NCBI GenBank assembly: GCA_022646745.1
Contig: CP060262.1
Span: 1,440,001-1,472,000 of the forward strand
From: Planctomycetales bacterium
Lineage (GTDB): Bacteria; 4484-113; JAFGCY01
Reading direction: 5' to 3'
Length of the DNA: 32,000 nt
Shown here piece after piece: positions 1 through 7,878 of this stretch; positions within the stretch are counted from its first letter, which is position 1, and each line of letters opens with the position of its first letter. The position numbers and the translations under genes were made by a program. The notes beneath the pieces are model-generated. The model ran no database searches, was not told the DNA's origin, and worked only from the letters and a program-made list of their open reading frames with translations.

Positions 1-235
1 ACCGGAGTCATCTCCACTGTCGTCGCCGGAGTCATCGCCGCTGTCATCACCGGAATCATCGCCGACATCATCGCCACTGTCATCGCCGGAGTCGTCTCCG
101 ACATCGTCGCCGCCATTGTCATCCCCGCCGTTGTCGTCACCGACATCGTCGCCGCCATTGTCGTCCCCACCGTTGTCGTCGCCGATGTCATCGCCGCCGT
201 TGTCGTCGCTGGAGTCGTGGTCGTCATCATCATCG
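1..235 (-). repeat. In-frame degenerate tandem repeat (12-nt unit) encoding G-D-D-[S/N/V]
   Basis: Units such as ggagtcatcgcc, gctgtcatcacc and gccattgtcgtc recur roughly 15-20 times. On the coding (minus) strand they read GDDSGDDSGDDVGDDNGGDD and similar. The + strand ORFs 116..370 and 217..621 (SSPPLSS...) are antisense shadows of this repeat. Confidence 0.8.
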
Positions 236-867
236 GAGATGCCGTCGGCATCGCTGTCATCGAAGCTGTCCTCAAACTGGCCATCGCCGTCGTCGTCGAT
301 CAGGGTCTCGCCGCTGCGGTGGCGGTGCTCACTGTGGTGGTCCTCCATATGGCCGTGGTCGTCGCTGTAATGGAACTCAACCTCCACTGCATCGAACTCA
401 CCGTCATCGTCCGAGTCACTCACACCGATGCGCTGCAGCAGCTGGGTGACGGACTGGTCAGCAAGGTTGACCGGGAAGTTCAGCTCGACATGGTCCGGAT
501 TGCCGTCGCCGTCCAGGTCCTGGCTGGACTGGAACTCGACCTTGACCATGTAGCCGTTGCCGCTCGGCACGCCCTTGAACTCATAATGTCCGGTGCTGTC
601 GGTCACATCGGTGCCGAATGACTGGCCGCTGCCGTTGAGCAGGGAGACGAGGATGCCGGGCAGGCCGGAGCCGACCGTGGCGGAAACCTTTACATCGCTG
701 CCCTGCACCAGCTGGCCGCTGACATTGGTGGTACCCGGAGCAACGCCGTTGCCGGGGTCGGGCTGGCCGGCCGCTCCACCGCCGCCGCCGCAGGAAGATA
801 CTGCGAGAGCGCCCAGCAGGATGCCGGAGGCGAGGATACGGTTGCTCCACTTGCTTGAGTTCTTCAT
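1..867 (-). CDS. Exported lipoprotein with a carboxypeptidase-regulatory-like beta-sandwich and an Asp-rich acidic repeat tail (partial, C-terminus beyond the window edge)
   Basis: Absent from the ORF track because it has no in-window stop. I checked + strand triplets 1-3 through 865-867 and found no tta/cta/tca, so the minus frame is open from the ATG (complement of 865-867) to position 1. The translation starts MKNSSKWSNRILASGILLGALAVSSCGGGG (signal peptide plus lipobox Cys). It continues VSGQLVQGSDVKV...GILVSLLNGSGQSFGTDVTDSTGHYEFKGVPSGNGYMVKV (CarboxypepD_reg-like signature), then a His/Asp-rich linker and GDDxGDD repeats. Confidence 0.8.
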   Translation of the reverse strand, partial: MKNSSKWSNRILASGILLGALAVSSCGGGGGAAGQPDPGNGVAPGTTNVSGQLVQGSDVKVSATVGSGLPGILVSLLNGSGQSFGTDVTDSTGHYEFKGVPSGNGYMVKVEFQSSQDLDGDGNPDHVELNFPVNLADQSVTQLLQRIGVSDSDDDGEFDAVEVEFHYSDDHGHMEDHHSEHRHRSGETLIDDDGDGQFEDSFDDSDADGISDDDDDHDSSDDNGGDDIGDDNGGDDNGGDDVGDDNGGDDNGGDDVGDDSGDDSGDDVGDDSGDDSGDDSGDDSGDDSG

Positions 868-911
868 TTGATTGCTCCAGGTGAGGTTCATGATGTGATG
901 AGTGTACCGAG

Positions 912-968
912 ACTGAAAGTGATCGAACAGTGTCACTACTGGCTGATTGCACCGGTGACACTTTCAGT
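912..968. promoter_or_regulatory. Imperfect inverted repeat in the divergent intergenic region between the acidic lipoprotein gene and the MocR regulator gene
   Basis: The reverse complement of GTGACACTTTCAGT (955-968) is ACTGAAAGTGTCAC. That sequence is present on the left as ACTGAAAGTG (912-921) plus GTGTCAC (930-936), split by 8 nt. An AT-rich stretch follows (about 985-1050). It may be an operator or a 5' UTR hairpin. No function is demonstrated. Confidence 0.3.
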
Positions 969-1148
969 TGCCCCGCCAGTTGATACACGGATACCTATTT
1001 AGATATCATTGCCGTTTGGAACATGTGTTCTTTTCTGAATAAATGATAGGCATTCTCAGTTCCCGGGGCCGCTGGCAAGTGTGCCCGCCCCTAATTGAAA
1101 CAAGTGTCTCTTGCCCGGGATAGTCACAGCGGGGATACTTTCAGTGCA

Positions 1149-2678
1149 ATGGATCTAAGAATTGACAAAGACAGCGAGCAGCCGATCTACGAGCAGATCC
1201 GCCGGCAGATCGTGCAGCTCGTCCGTGACGGGCTGCTGCCCCCGGGCAGCAAGATCCCTTCCGTGCGCCAGCTTGCGCTGAAGCTCGGTGTCGGCAAGAA
1301 CACGGTGAGCCAGGCCTATGACGAACTGTCGGCCGAAAGCATCATCGAGACCAGGCATGGCAGTGGTACATATATCACTGACAGCCCGGGGATTGCCATC
1401 GAGCACAACCTGCGCACCACGAAGGAGAACGGCAACGGCGGAGATTCCCGCAAGATGCGCTGGGATCCCTATAACTTCCGCAGCGAATTCTTCGGCCTGC
1501 CGCGCAGCCGTCGTGACGAGGAGCTGGTTGACTTCACCCGTGCTTCGCCTGATCCGGAACTGTTCCCCTTTGAGCGCATCAAGCAGGTCAGCGCCAACAT
1601 GCTGTGGTACCCCAAGGAGTTCTTCTTCGATGTGGGACACCCCCAGGGCTACCAGCCGCTGGTGGAACACCTCGAGAAGCAGATGGCGCTCAGTGGGGTG
1701 GCGATGGCGGAAGGCGAGAATGACATCATCGTCACCGCCGGCTTCCGCCGTGCACTCGACCTGATCCTCGGCTTCATCCTGCAGCCGGGCCAGAAGGTCG
1801 CCGTGGAGGTGCCGAGCTACAGCGGCCTGCTCAACGTGCTGATTGCCAAGCGCGTCGGCATTGAGCCGGTGCCGATGGACAGCGAAGGCATGGACACCGC
1901 CTACCTCGAGGGCCTCGTTCGCCGTGGTGAGATTTCCGCGGTGATCACTATCCCGACCTACCACAATCCGACCGGGATCACGATGTCCCAGGCCCGCCGC
2001 GAGCACCTGCTGGACATCGCCGCCCGCTTCAACCTGCCGATCATCGAGGATGACTGGGGCCGCGAGCTGCGCTATGAAGGCGTGGCCCCGCCGCCGCTGA
2101 AGGCAATGGACACCGGCGGGCATGTGATCCACATCGGAACCTACAGCAAGGTCTTCCTGCCGGGCATGCGCATCGGCTGGATGACAATCCCCTCCGAGAT
2201 CGCCGTGCCGCAGGTGCGTGCCAAGCTCGGGCTGGACAGCGGCGATTCCTTCTTCCTGCAGTCACTGCTGCATGAGTTCATCATCAAGGGCCACTTTGCC
2301 AAGCATGTGCGCAAGACCCTGAAGGAATACAAGAAGCGCCGCAACGTGATGGTGGATGCCCTGAACAAGCACCTGCCAGCGGGCTGCAGCTTCGTGGAAC
2401 CGAAGGGTGGCTTCAGCATCTGGCTGAACCTGCCTGAGGGTATGCTTTCCGTGCCCCTGCTGGGCCTGGCCCGCAAGGCTGATGTTGATTTCACACCGGC
2501 GAACATGATGATGCCCGAGCGCAATGACACCAATGGCCTGCGCCTCTGTTTTTCGAGGGTGCGTCCGGAGGACATCGAGGAAGGCATCAAGGCACTGTGC
2601 AGCGTGATCGGCGACTGCATTGACAATCCGGCCCTGCTTCAGGGTGGGGCACAAGATTTCGAGGACCTTTACCAATGA
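1149..2678 (+). CDS. MocR-subfamily GntR transcriptional regulator (winged HTH fused to a PLP-dependent aminotransferase-like domain)
   Basis: GntR HTH signature: PIYEQIRRQIVQLVRDGLLPPGSKIPSVRQLALKLGVGKNTVSQAYDELSAESIIETRHGSGTYI. It is followed by a fold-type-I aminotransferase-like domain with PTYHNPTG and the PLP-lysine motif YSKVFLPGMRIGW. The ORF-track start at 1095 is TTG. The first ATG at 1149 (MDLRIDK) is more plausible. Confidence 0.9.
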   Translation: MDLRIDKDSEQPIYEQIRRQIVQLVRDGLLPPGSKIPSVRQLALKLGVGKNTVSQAYDELSAESIIETRHGSGTYITDSPGIAIEHNLRTTKENGNGGDSRKMRWDPYNFRSEFFGLPRSRRDEELVDFTRASPDPELFPFERIKQVSANMLWYPKEFFFDVGHPQGYQPLVEHLEKQMALSGVAMAEGENDIIVTAGFRRALDLILGFILQPGQKVAVEVPSYSGLLNVLIAKRVGIEPVPMDSEGMDTAYLEGLVRRGEISAVITIPTYHNPTGITMSQARREHLLDIAARFNLPIIEDDWGRELRYEGVAPPPLKAMDTGGHVIHIGTYSKVFLPGMRIGWMTIPSEIAVPQVRAKLGLDSGDSFFLQSLLHEFIIKGHFAKHVRKTLKEYKKRRNVMVDALNKHLPAGCSFVEPKGGFSIWLNLPEGMLSVPLLGLARKADVDFTPANMMMPERNDTNGLRLCFSRVRPEDIEEGIKALCSVIGDCIDNPALLQGGAQDFEDLYQ

Positions 2679-4513
2679 GACGGATGGGAATCACACTCCT
2701 GGCAATCCTGCTGCTGGCTTCCTGCTCAGGGGGACACAGCACGATGCGGCCGGACGGCCTGGATGGAGTCAGGCTGCTGGAAGGGACTTCCGCTGACAGT
2801 GTGCGGCTGGTGGCCAGTGGCAATGATCTGCTGCTGGAGCTGCAGCCGGGCAGCCGCGGAGCCTTCGTGGAAGTCACGCCGTCCTTCGACGCCCGCTACT
2901 TTGACGAGCAGTGGAGCGCTGATGAGGGCACCGTGCATATGGTGCACCCGATTGGCAACAGCCTGCAGGTCGGCGTCGCCCCGACGCCGGAGTACAGTGG
3001 CCAGCCGGTCAGCCTGCGGCTCAGCCGAGGCAGCGTGGACCGGAGCATCAGCAGCCCGCCCGATGGCAACATCAACAAGGTGCAGGACCTGAAGGTCGCG
3101 GACCTCGGTGGTGGCAACGTCCTGATGGAGTGGACGGAGCTGAACTGGGCGGACTATGACCACAACGGCGAGGTCGGCATTTCCGACATCACCCCGCTTG
3201 GCATCTACTTCGGCCAGGCCGGCCCCTGGCAGCCCAGCGAGCCGCAGTACTGGGTGGATGGTGATGGCAACGGCGTGATCACGCTGGCGGACATCACACC
3301 GATCGGCCAGCGCTACGGCACCAGCGTGAAGGGATACAACACCTACCGCGTGGCAGGCAGCACACCGCCGGCCTTCGGCCTGCTGCAGTTCGCGGATGCC
3401 GCCGAAGCCACTGTCAACCAGAAACTTCCGCGTACCTATTCCGTCACGGTCAGCAGCCCGCCGGATGGTACCTTCACGGTCCGTCCCGTGGATTTCGGCG
3501 ACCTGGAGGGTATTGAAAGTGTGGCAGCGGTGCTCAGTGGTGCGCCGAACCTGGAGCTCAACCTCGACATCACCGGCCAGACCCTGTATGACCAGGTCAC
3601 CGGCCTGCCGTCCACCTTCACCAATGATACGGTGATCCTGCGCATCATTGACGACATCAAGGAAGTGAACGCGATCGAGTACGGCACGGTCACCCCGCTT
3701 GCCGACGGCCAGTTCAGCGTGAGCGGCCTGCCCCAGGGCCAGGCGCTGTTCCTGCAGGTGGCCTATGCGCCGACCGTGGACCTCGCCACCGGCGGGGCCA
3801 AGGCCCCGGCCCGCGCCATCTCCGGCACGAACCGCAGAACCAGCGAGATCCCGGAAGGTGCTGAAGTGACAACGATCCCGATCCGCCTGCCGGTCGGCGA
3901 CGACCCGGTGGTGCTGAACACGGCGATCGACCTCGGCATGTCCAACCCGTCCGGCGGATTCTTCGTCAACCTTGACGACACGCAGGACATCCCCGGTGAC
4001 AACCCGGCCACGCCGGCCATCGAGAACGGCTACACCATCCAGCGCGACCTGCGCCTGGACTATGTTGACAACCTGCTGTCCGGTGACACGGATGCCGACC
4101 TCAGCTTCGTGGACGAACCGGAGCTGCGCGACAGCGACCGCGACTGTCTCAGCGCAAAGCGCGAGGAGCAGGTGCTGGATGATGACGACGCCTACGAAAG
4201 CCGCCCGGAGATCGAGATCGAAGGTACGGTGACCGGCTTCGACAGCCAGAACGGCCTGATCTTCCTCACGAATGCGATTGTCGAGGTGGGAGAGACCGAG
4301 AAGCCGCTACCCAATGACGTGGTGGTCTACTTCACTGAGTTCACGCCCTTCGAGTTCCGCAACAAGATCACGGATGAGGAAGGCAAGCTCAACCCGGATG
4401 ACATCCTCGCCGGCGACCTGCTGAAGATCGACCTCTATGCCCTGGAGGACACCGGCGACATCCTGCCCACCAAGTACTGGGTCGAGCATGTACGCAAGGT
4501 GACCGACAACTAG
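2675..4513 (+). CDS. Exported lipoprotein with a dockerin-like double Ca-binding repeat, otherwise uncharacterised
   Basis: Signal peptide and lipobox: MRRMGITLLAILLLASCSGG. Two dockerin/EF-hand-like segments, DHNGEVGISDITPLGIYFG and DGDGNGVITLADITPIGQRYG, lie at aa 159-216 (nt 3149-3322). GC3 is high. The ATG overlaps the MocR stop (ATGA at 2675-2678). Confidence 0.8.
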   Translation: MRRMGITLLAILLLASCSGGHSTMRPDGLDGVRLLEGTSADSVRLVASGNDLLLELQPGSRGAFVEVTPSFDARYFDEQWSADEGTVHMVHPIGNSLQVGVAPTPEYSGQPVSLRLSRGSVDRSISSPPDGNINKVQDLKVADLGGGNVLMEWTELNWADYDHNGEVGISDITPLGIYFGQAGPWQPSEPQYWVDGDGNGVITLADITPIGQRYGTSVKGYNTYRVAGSTPPAFGLLQFADAAEATVNQKLPRTYSVTVSSPPDGTFTVRPVDFGDLEGIESVAAVLSGAPNLELNLDITGQTLYDQVTGLPSTFTNDTVILRIIDDIKEVNAIEYGTVTPLADGQFSVSGLPQGQALFLQVAYAPTVDLATGGAKAPARAISGTNRRTSEIPEGAEVTTIPIRLPVGDDPVVLNTAIDLGMSNPSGGFFVNLDDTQDIPGDNPATPAIENGYTIQRDLRLDYVDNLLSGDTDADLSFVDEPELRDSDRDCLSAKREEQVLDDDDAYESRPEIEIEGTVTGFDSQNGLIFLTNAIVEVGETEKPLPNDVVVYFTEFTPFEFRNKITDEEGKLNPDDILAGDLLKIDLYALEDTGDILPTKYWVEHVRKVTDN

Positions 4514-4533
4514 GCAAAAACTGACTGAAAACC

Positions 4534-4578
4534 GAAAGCCCGCCGGCGCTGAGTTACAATCGCGCTGTGCGGGCTTTC
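4534..4578 (+). promoter_or_regulatory. Stem-loop whose 3' arm covers the start codon region of the next gene (terminator or translational occluder)
   Basis: GAAAGCCCGC (4534-4543) is perfectly complementary to GCGGGCTTTC (4569-4578). An inner 5-bp helix pairs ggcgc (4545-4549) with gcgct (4562-4566, one G-U pair). The 3' arm begins at the third base (4569) of the GTG at 4567, the only sensible start for the 223-aa lipoprotein, and is followed by the T-rich ctttcatcctttc. Confidence 0.35.
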
Positions 4579-5238
4579 ATCCTTTCAACTGCGATTCTGA
4601 TGCTGCTGTGCGGGCTGTGTTCCTGCGAGTACCCCGAGCAGGGCTACTTCGAGCTGGCCGGCCTCGATGAGGACGGCAAGCTGGTCGGCAGCCAGCTGTT
4701 CATCGTCGAGGAGTATGTCGACGACAGCGAGATGACCACCGGCTTCGGCCTGCTGCTGCCGCATGTGGACGGCAGGCACCTGGTCAGCGTGCCGATGGAC
4801 CCGACCGAAGGCTTCGAGTCCCGCGGCTGGATCGTGCACACCAATGCGAAACAGACCGGGCATGGCAACCTGTTCCTGCAGATGACGCATATCGGCGAGC
4901 GCCTCAAGCTGGAGGGCAGCCTGCACATCGCCGGGCAGGAAGCGCCGGAGGATTTCCACGCCTCGCTGCGCAGCGAGGACCGCGTCACTAGCATCCAGTT
5001 CGTCGGCGGCCCGCCGGCATTGCCGCCGGAGTTCAGGGGGGCCGTGGACTGGCAGCTGCGCTGGCTGGATGAAGCTTCCTTTGAGGCGCGCACGGGACTG
5101 ACGATGGACAGTCCGAAAGTACCGCTTGAGCCGCTGGGCAAGGCGGAAATGGCGGCCACTGCTGCTGCGGACGCACGCGAGCAGAAGGCCGATCCCGGCC
5201 CGGACCGTGGACAGCCGGTTGACAAGCCGCGTCCCTGA
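4567..5238 (+). CDS. Hypothetical lipoprotein
   Basis: GTG start. N-terminus (M)RAFILSTAILMLLCGLCSCEYPE has a signal peptide plus lipobox-like Cys. GC3 is high. I recognise no family motif. Confidence 0.65.
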   Translation: MRAFILSTAILMLLCGLCSCEYPEQGYFELAGLDEDGKLVGSQLFIVEEYVDDSEMTTGFGLLLPHVDGRHLVSVPMDPTEGFESRGWIVHTNAKQTGHGNLFLQMTHIGERLKLEGSLHIAGQEAPEDFHASLRSEDRVTSIQFVGGPPALPPEFRGAVDWQLRWLDEASFEARTGLTMDSPKVPLEPLGKAEMAATAAADAREQKADPGPDRGQPVDKPRP

Positions 5239-5325
5239 GCGCGCCGGGTTGAACAATTGCCAAATTCCGGCCAATCCCCGGTGAACAGTATTAACGGTCA
5301 GCTGCGGCAGTGCTAGTCTGCTGGC

Positions 5326-5622
5326 ATGCTGGGAATTTTCGAGGAACTGGCACAAAAAACAGGTGCCGTAATGACTGAGGAAATCGTCGAGGTCCAGCGT
5401 ATCGAATGCCTCGGGGCGGCCTTCAACGGCCGGCGCGGGGAGTTTCGCATCGGCTGGATGATAGACCTCGGCTGGACCCGCGTGTCCACGCAGCTCACGG
5501 TGTCCCAGGCGGATGTCGAGCTTGGCGAGGACTGGCTCGTTGAGCGATTCTGCCGCAGCATCCTGGAGCGCGTGGCCGGAGTGCGGGCCTTCCTGCCCAA
5601 TGGCAGGGAAGCCGTCGCGTGA
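5326..5622 (+). CDS. Hypothetical small protein (98 aa)
   Basis: The + frame has strongly G/C-ending codons, which the overlapping minus ORF 5313..5630 lacks. No recognisable motif. Confidence 0.55.
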   Translation: MLGIFEELAQKTGAVMTEEIVEVQRIECLGAAFNGRRGEFRIGWMIDLGWTRVSTQLTVSQADVELGEDWLVERFCRSILERVAGVRAFLPNGREAVA

Positions 5623-5689
5623 TCGCCCATTGATTCACGAATAAGCGGTTTATTCAGTCAGGATCGGCCTTCCGTCTTTGCGCGCATTG

Positions 5690-5695
5690 TATAAT
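5690..5695 (+). promoter_or_regulatory. Candidate -10 hexamer TATAAT upstream of the M28 peptidase gene
   Basis: TATAAT at 5690-5695 has no convincing -35. It ends only 7 nt before the ATG at 5703, so either the mRNA is leaderless or the true start is the in-frame ATG at 5724 or 5730 (MAMRVSF...), preceded by GAGG. Confidence 0.25.
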
Positions 5696-5702
5696 CGCAG
5701 CC

Positions 5703-7583
5703 ATGGACCAACTGGTCCGAGGTATGGCTATGCGAGTTTCCTTCAATGCGCTGACCCTATTGTGCACCGTACTGCTGCTGGCGGCGAGCATCCGTGCAAC
5801 AGCCGCCTTCGACGAGCTTCGCTACCGCGACAGCGTCGAGTACCTTTCCAGTGATGAGCTGGAGGGCCGCATGAGCGGCACGCCGGGGGGCGAGAAGGCA
5901 GCGCACTACATCGCCGACATTTTCATCGACTGCGGGCTGGAACCGGCCGGCGTGGACGGCAGCTTCATGCAGCCCTTCGACTTCACCAGCGGCGTGGTGC
6001 TCGGGGATGGCAACTCCGCCCAGTGGGGCGCACATGGCCAGAACACCTCATGGGAGCTCGGCACGGACTGGACTCCGCTGCACTTCTGCCCGGACGGCCA
6101 GGTCGCGAGCGGCATCATCTTCGTGGGCTACGGCATCACCGCCGAGGACTTCGGCTATGACGACTACGAAGGCCTCGATGTGAAGGGCAAGATCGTCGCC
6201 GTGCTGCGCCATGAGCCGCAGACCGATGACGAGGCGATGTTTGCCGGCAGGCGGATGTCGCATTACGGCGACCTGCGCTACAAGGCGCAGAATGCCTACC
6301 GCCACGGGGCAGCGGCCCTGGTGGTCGTCACTGGGCCGAATGACAGGCTGGCGGATCCGGGTGATCCGCTGATGGAACTTGGCAGCGGCGATGTGTACGG
6401 CGAGGCGCCGATCCCGGTGGTCCAGCTCAAGGCCGAGCGCCTGCAGGAGCTGATGACATTCTGGGAAGGCGACCTGGCGAAGATGCAGGACACGATGGAT
6501 ACGGAGCTCATGCCGCAGAGCCTGGACATGAGCTACCTGACGGTGGAGCTCAACACAGACCTCGAGCGCACATTCAGCAAGACTGACAACGTGGTCGGCC
6601 TGCTGCGCGGCAGCGAGCTGCCCGATGAGTACATCGTGGTCGGTGCGCATTATGACCACCTCGGCCACGGCGAGGCGCGTACCTCGCTGACGCCTGAGGA
6701 ACTCAACGCGCTCAGCTGGCATGACCGGATCCACCACGGCGCGGATGACAACGCCAGCGGCACCGCCGGCGTGCTGGAACTGGCGCGGCACTTCTCCGAG
6801 CATGGCAGCCGCCGCAGCATCCTGTTAATCTGCTTCAGCGGCGAGGAACTTGGCATCCTCGGCTCGCTGCACTACGTGCGCAATGCCACGGTGCCCCTTG
6901 GCAACTGCGTGGCAATGCTCAACATGGACATGATCGGCCGCGTCAAGGACCAGGTGATCACCGTGCAGGGCCTGGGGAGCGCCGAGGAATGGGCAGGCAT
7001 CCTCGACAGTGCATCCGCCGCCAGCGGGCTGGAGGTCAAGCGTTTTGACGACGGCGTGGGCGGCAGTGACTACACCGCCTTCTACACCCAGCAGCTGCCG
7101 GTGCTGAACTTCTTCTCCGGCCTGCATGAGCAGTACCACACCCCGGCGGACACCGCTGACCTGCTGAACTACGAGGGTGCGATGCAGGTGGTCGGGATCG
7201 TCAGCGGCGTGATTGACGAGCTCAACTCGCTGGATGGCAAGCTGACCTTCACCGAGGACCTCTCACCGCAGATCAACCGCCAGGGCTCGGGCGAGGTGGA
7301 TACCGGGCGTGGCTACAAGGTCAGCCTCGGCACGATCCCGGACTACAGCTACCTCGGTGGCGACGGCGTGCTGCTGGCCGGCGTGCGCCAGAACAGCCCG
7401 GCGAGCGAAGCCGGCCTGCAGGCGGGCGACCGGCTGGTGAAGATGGGCGAGAGCGTGATCCGCAACATCTACGACTTCACCTACGCGCTGGAGGAGCACA
7501 AGCCCGGCGACGTGGTGGAGATCGTGGTGGTGCGCGAGGGTGTGGAGCTCACGCTCAGCGCTGAACTGAAGGGCCGCGGATAG
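5703..7583 (+). CDS. M28-family zinc aminopeptidase with a PA domain insert and a C-terminal PDZ domain
   Basis: M28 metal-ligand motifs appear in order: GAHYDHLGHG, GADDNASGTAGVLELARHF, ICFSGEELGILGSLHYV, MLNMDMIG, HEQYHTPADT. C-terminal PDZ-like segment: GVLLAGVRQNSPASEAGLQAGDRLVKMGESVIRNIYDF...GDVVEIVVVREG. Signal peptide: MRVSFNALTLLCTVLLLAASIRATAA. The start may be 5724 or 5730 rather than 5703. Confidence 0.9.
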   Translation: MDQLVRGMAMRVSFNALTLLCTVLLLAASIRATAAFDELRYRDSVEYLSSDELEGRMSGTPGGEKAAHYIADIFIDCGLEPAGVDGSFMQPFDFTSGVVLGDGNSAQWGAHGQNTSWELGTDWTPLHFCPDGQVASGIIFVGYGITAEDFGYDDYEGLDVKGKIVAVLRHEPQTDDEAMFAGRRMSHYGDLRYKAQNAYRHGAAALVVVTGPNDRLADPGDPLMELGSGDVYGEAPIPVVQLKAERLQELMTFWEGDLAKMQDTMDTELMPQSLDMSYLTVELNTDLERTFSKTDNVVGLLRGSELPDEYIVVGAHYDHLGHGEARTSLTPEELNALSWHDRIHHGADDNASGTAGVLELARHFSEHGSRRSILLICFSGEELGILGSLHYVRNATVPLGNCVAMLNMDMIGRVKDQVITVQGLGSAEEWAGILDSASAASGLEVKRFDDGVGGSDYTAFYTQQLPVLNFFSGLHEQYHTPADTADLLNYEGAMQVVGIVSGVIDELNSLDGKLTFTEDLSPQINRQGSGEVDTGRGYKVSLGTIPDYSYLGGDGVLLAGVRQNSPASEAGLQAGDRLVKMGESVIRNIYDFTYALEEHKPGDVVEIVVVREGVELTLSAELKGRG

Positions 7584-7613
7584 GCCTTCAAGGGCATCTG
7601 CTAACCTATCCGT

Positions 7614-7642
7614 CCGCCCGTCGTGCGCGCTGCGGCGGGCGG
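7614..7642 (+). terminator. GC-rich hairpin downstream of the peptidase gene (possible terminator, no U-tract)
   Basis: CCGCCCG (7614-7620) pairs with CGGGCGG (7636-7642) around a 15-nt loop. No T-run follows, so it is not a canonical intrinsic terminator. Confidence 0.2.
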
Positions 7643-7656
7643 CCACTGGAGCACAT

Positions 7657-7869
7657 ATGAGCGAACAGGACCACAAGGACCCGGACGGCGTCGAGCTCGG
7701 CGAGGACAGCCTCGAGGGCCAGCGCGCCGACATCGAACGCATCAAGGACTACTGCCAGAAGCTTGGCGAGGGCATCTCGAACGCCGCCGACCTGCTGTTG
7801 CAGATGCGCGAGCAGATCGCGGAAATGGACATCCGCCTGCGCAAGCTGGAGGCAGCGAAGGACGAGTAG
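7657..7869 (+). CDS. Hypothetical small acidic coiled-coil protein (70 aa)
   Basis: Codons are strongly G/C-ending throughout. The C-terminal half (LLLQMREQIAEMDIRLRKLEAAKDE) looks helical or coiled-coil. The overlapping ORF 7623..7910 is Arg/Gly/Pro-rich junk. Confidence 0.55.
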   Translation: MSEQDHKDPDGVELGEDSLEGQRADIERIKDYCQKLGEGISNAADLLLQMREQIAEMDIRLRKLEAAKDE

Positions 7870-7878
7870 GCCGCAGGC

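Noticed and set aside
116-621. Plus-strand ORFs 116..370 and 217..621 (SSPPLSSP... and VVIIIGDAVG...)
   Set aside because: They are antisense or off-frame shadows of the minus-strand acidic-repeat lipoprotein gene. That gene has a proper signal peptide, a recognisable domain and an open frame to the window edge.
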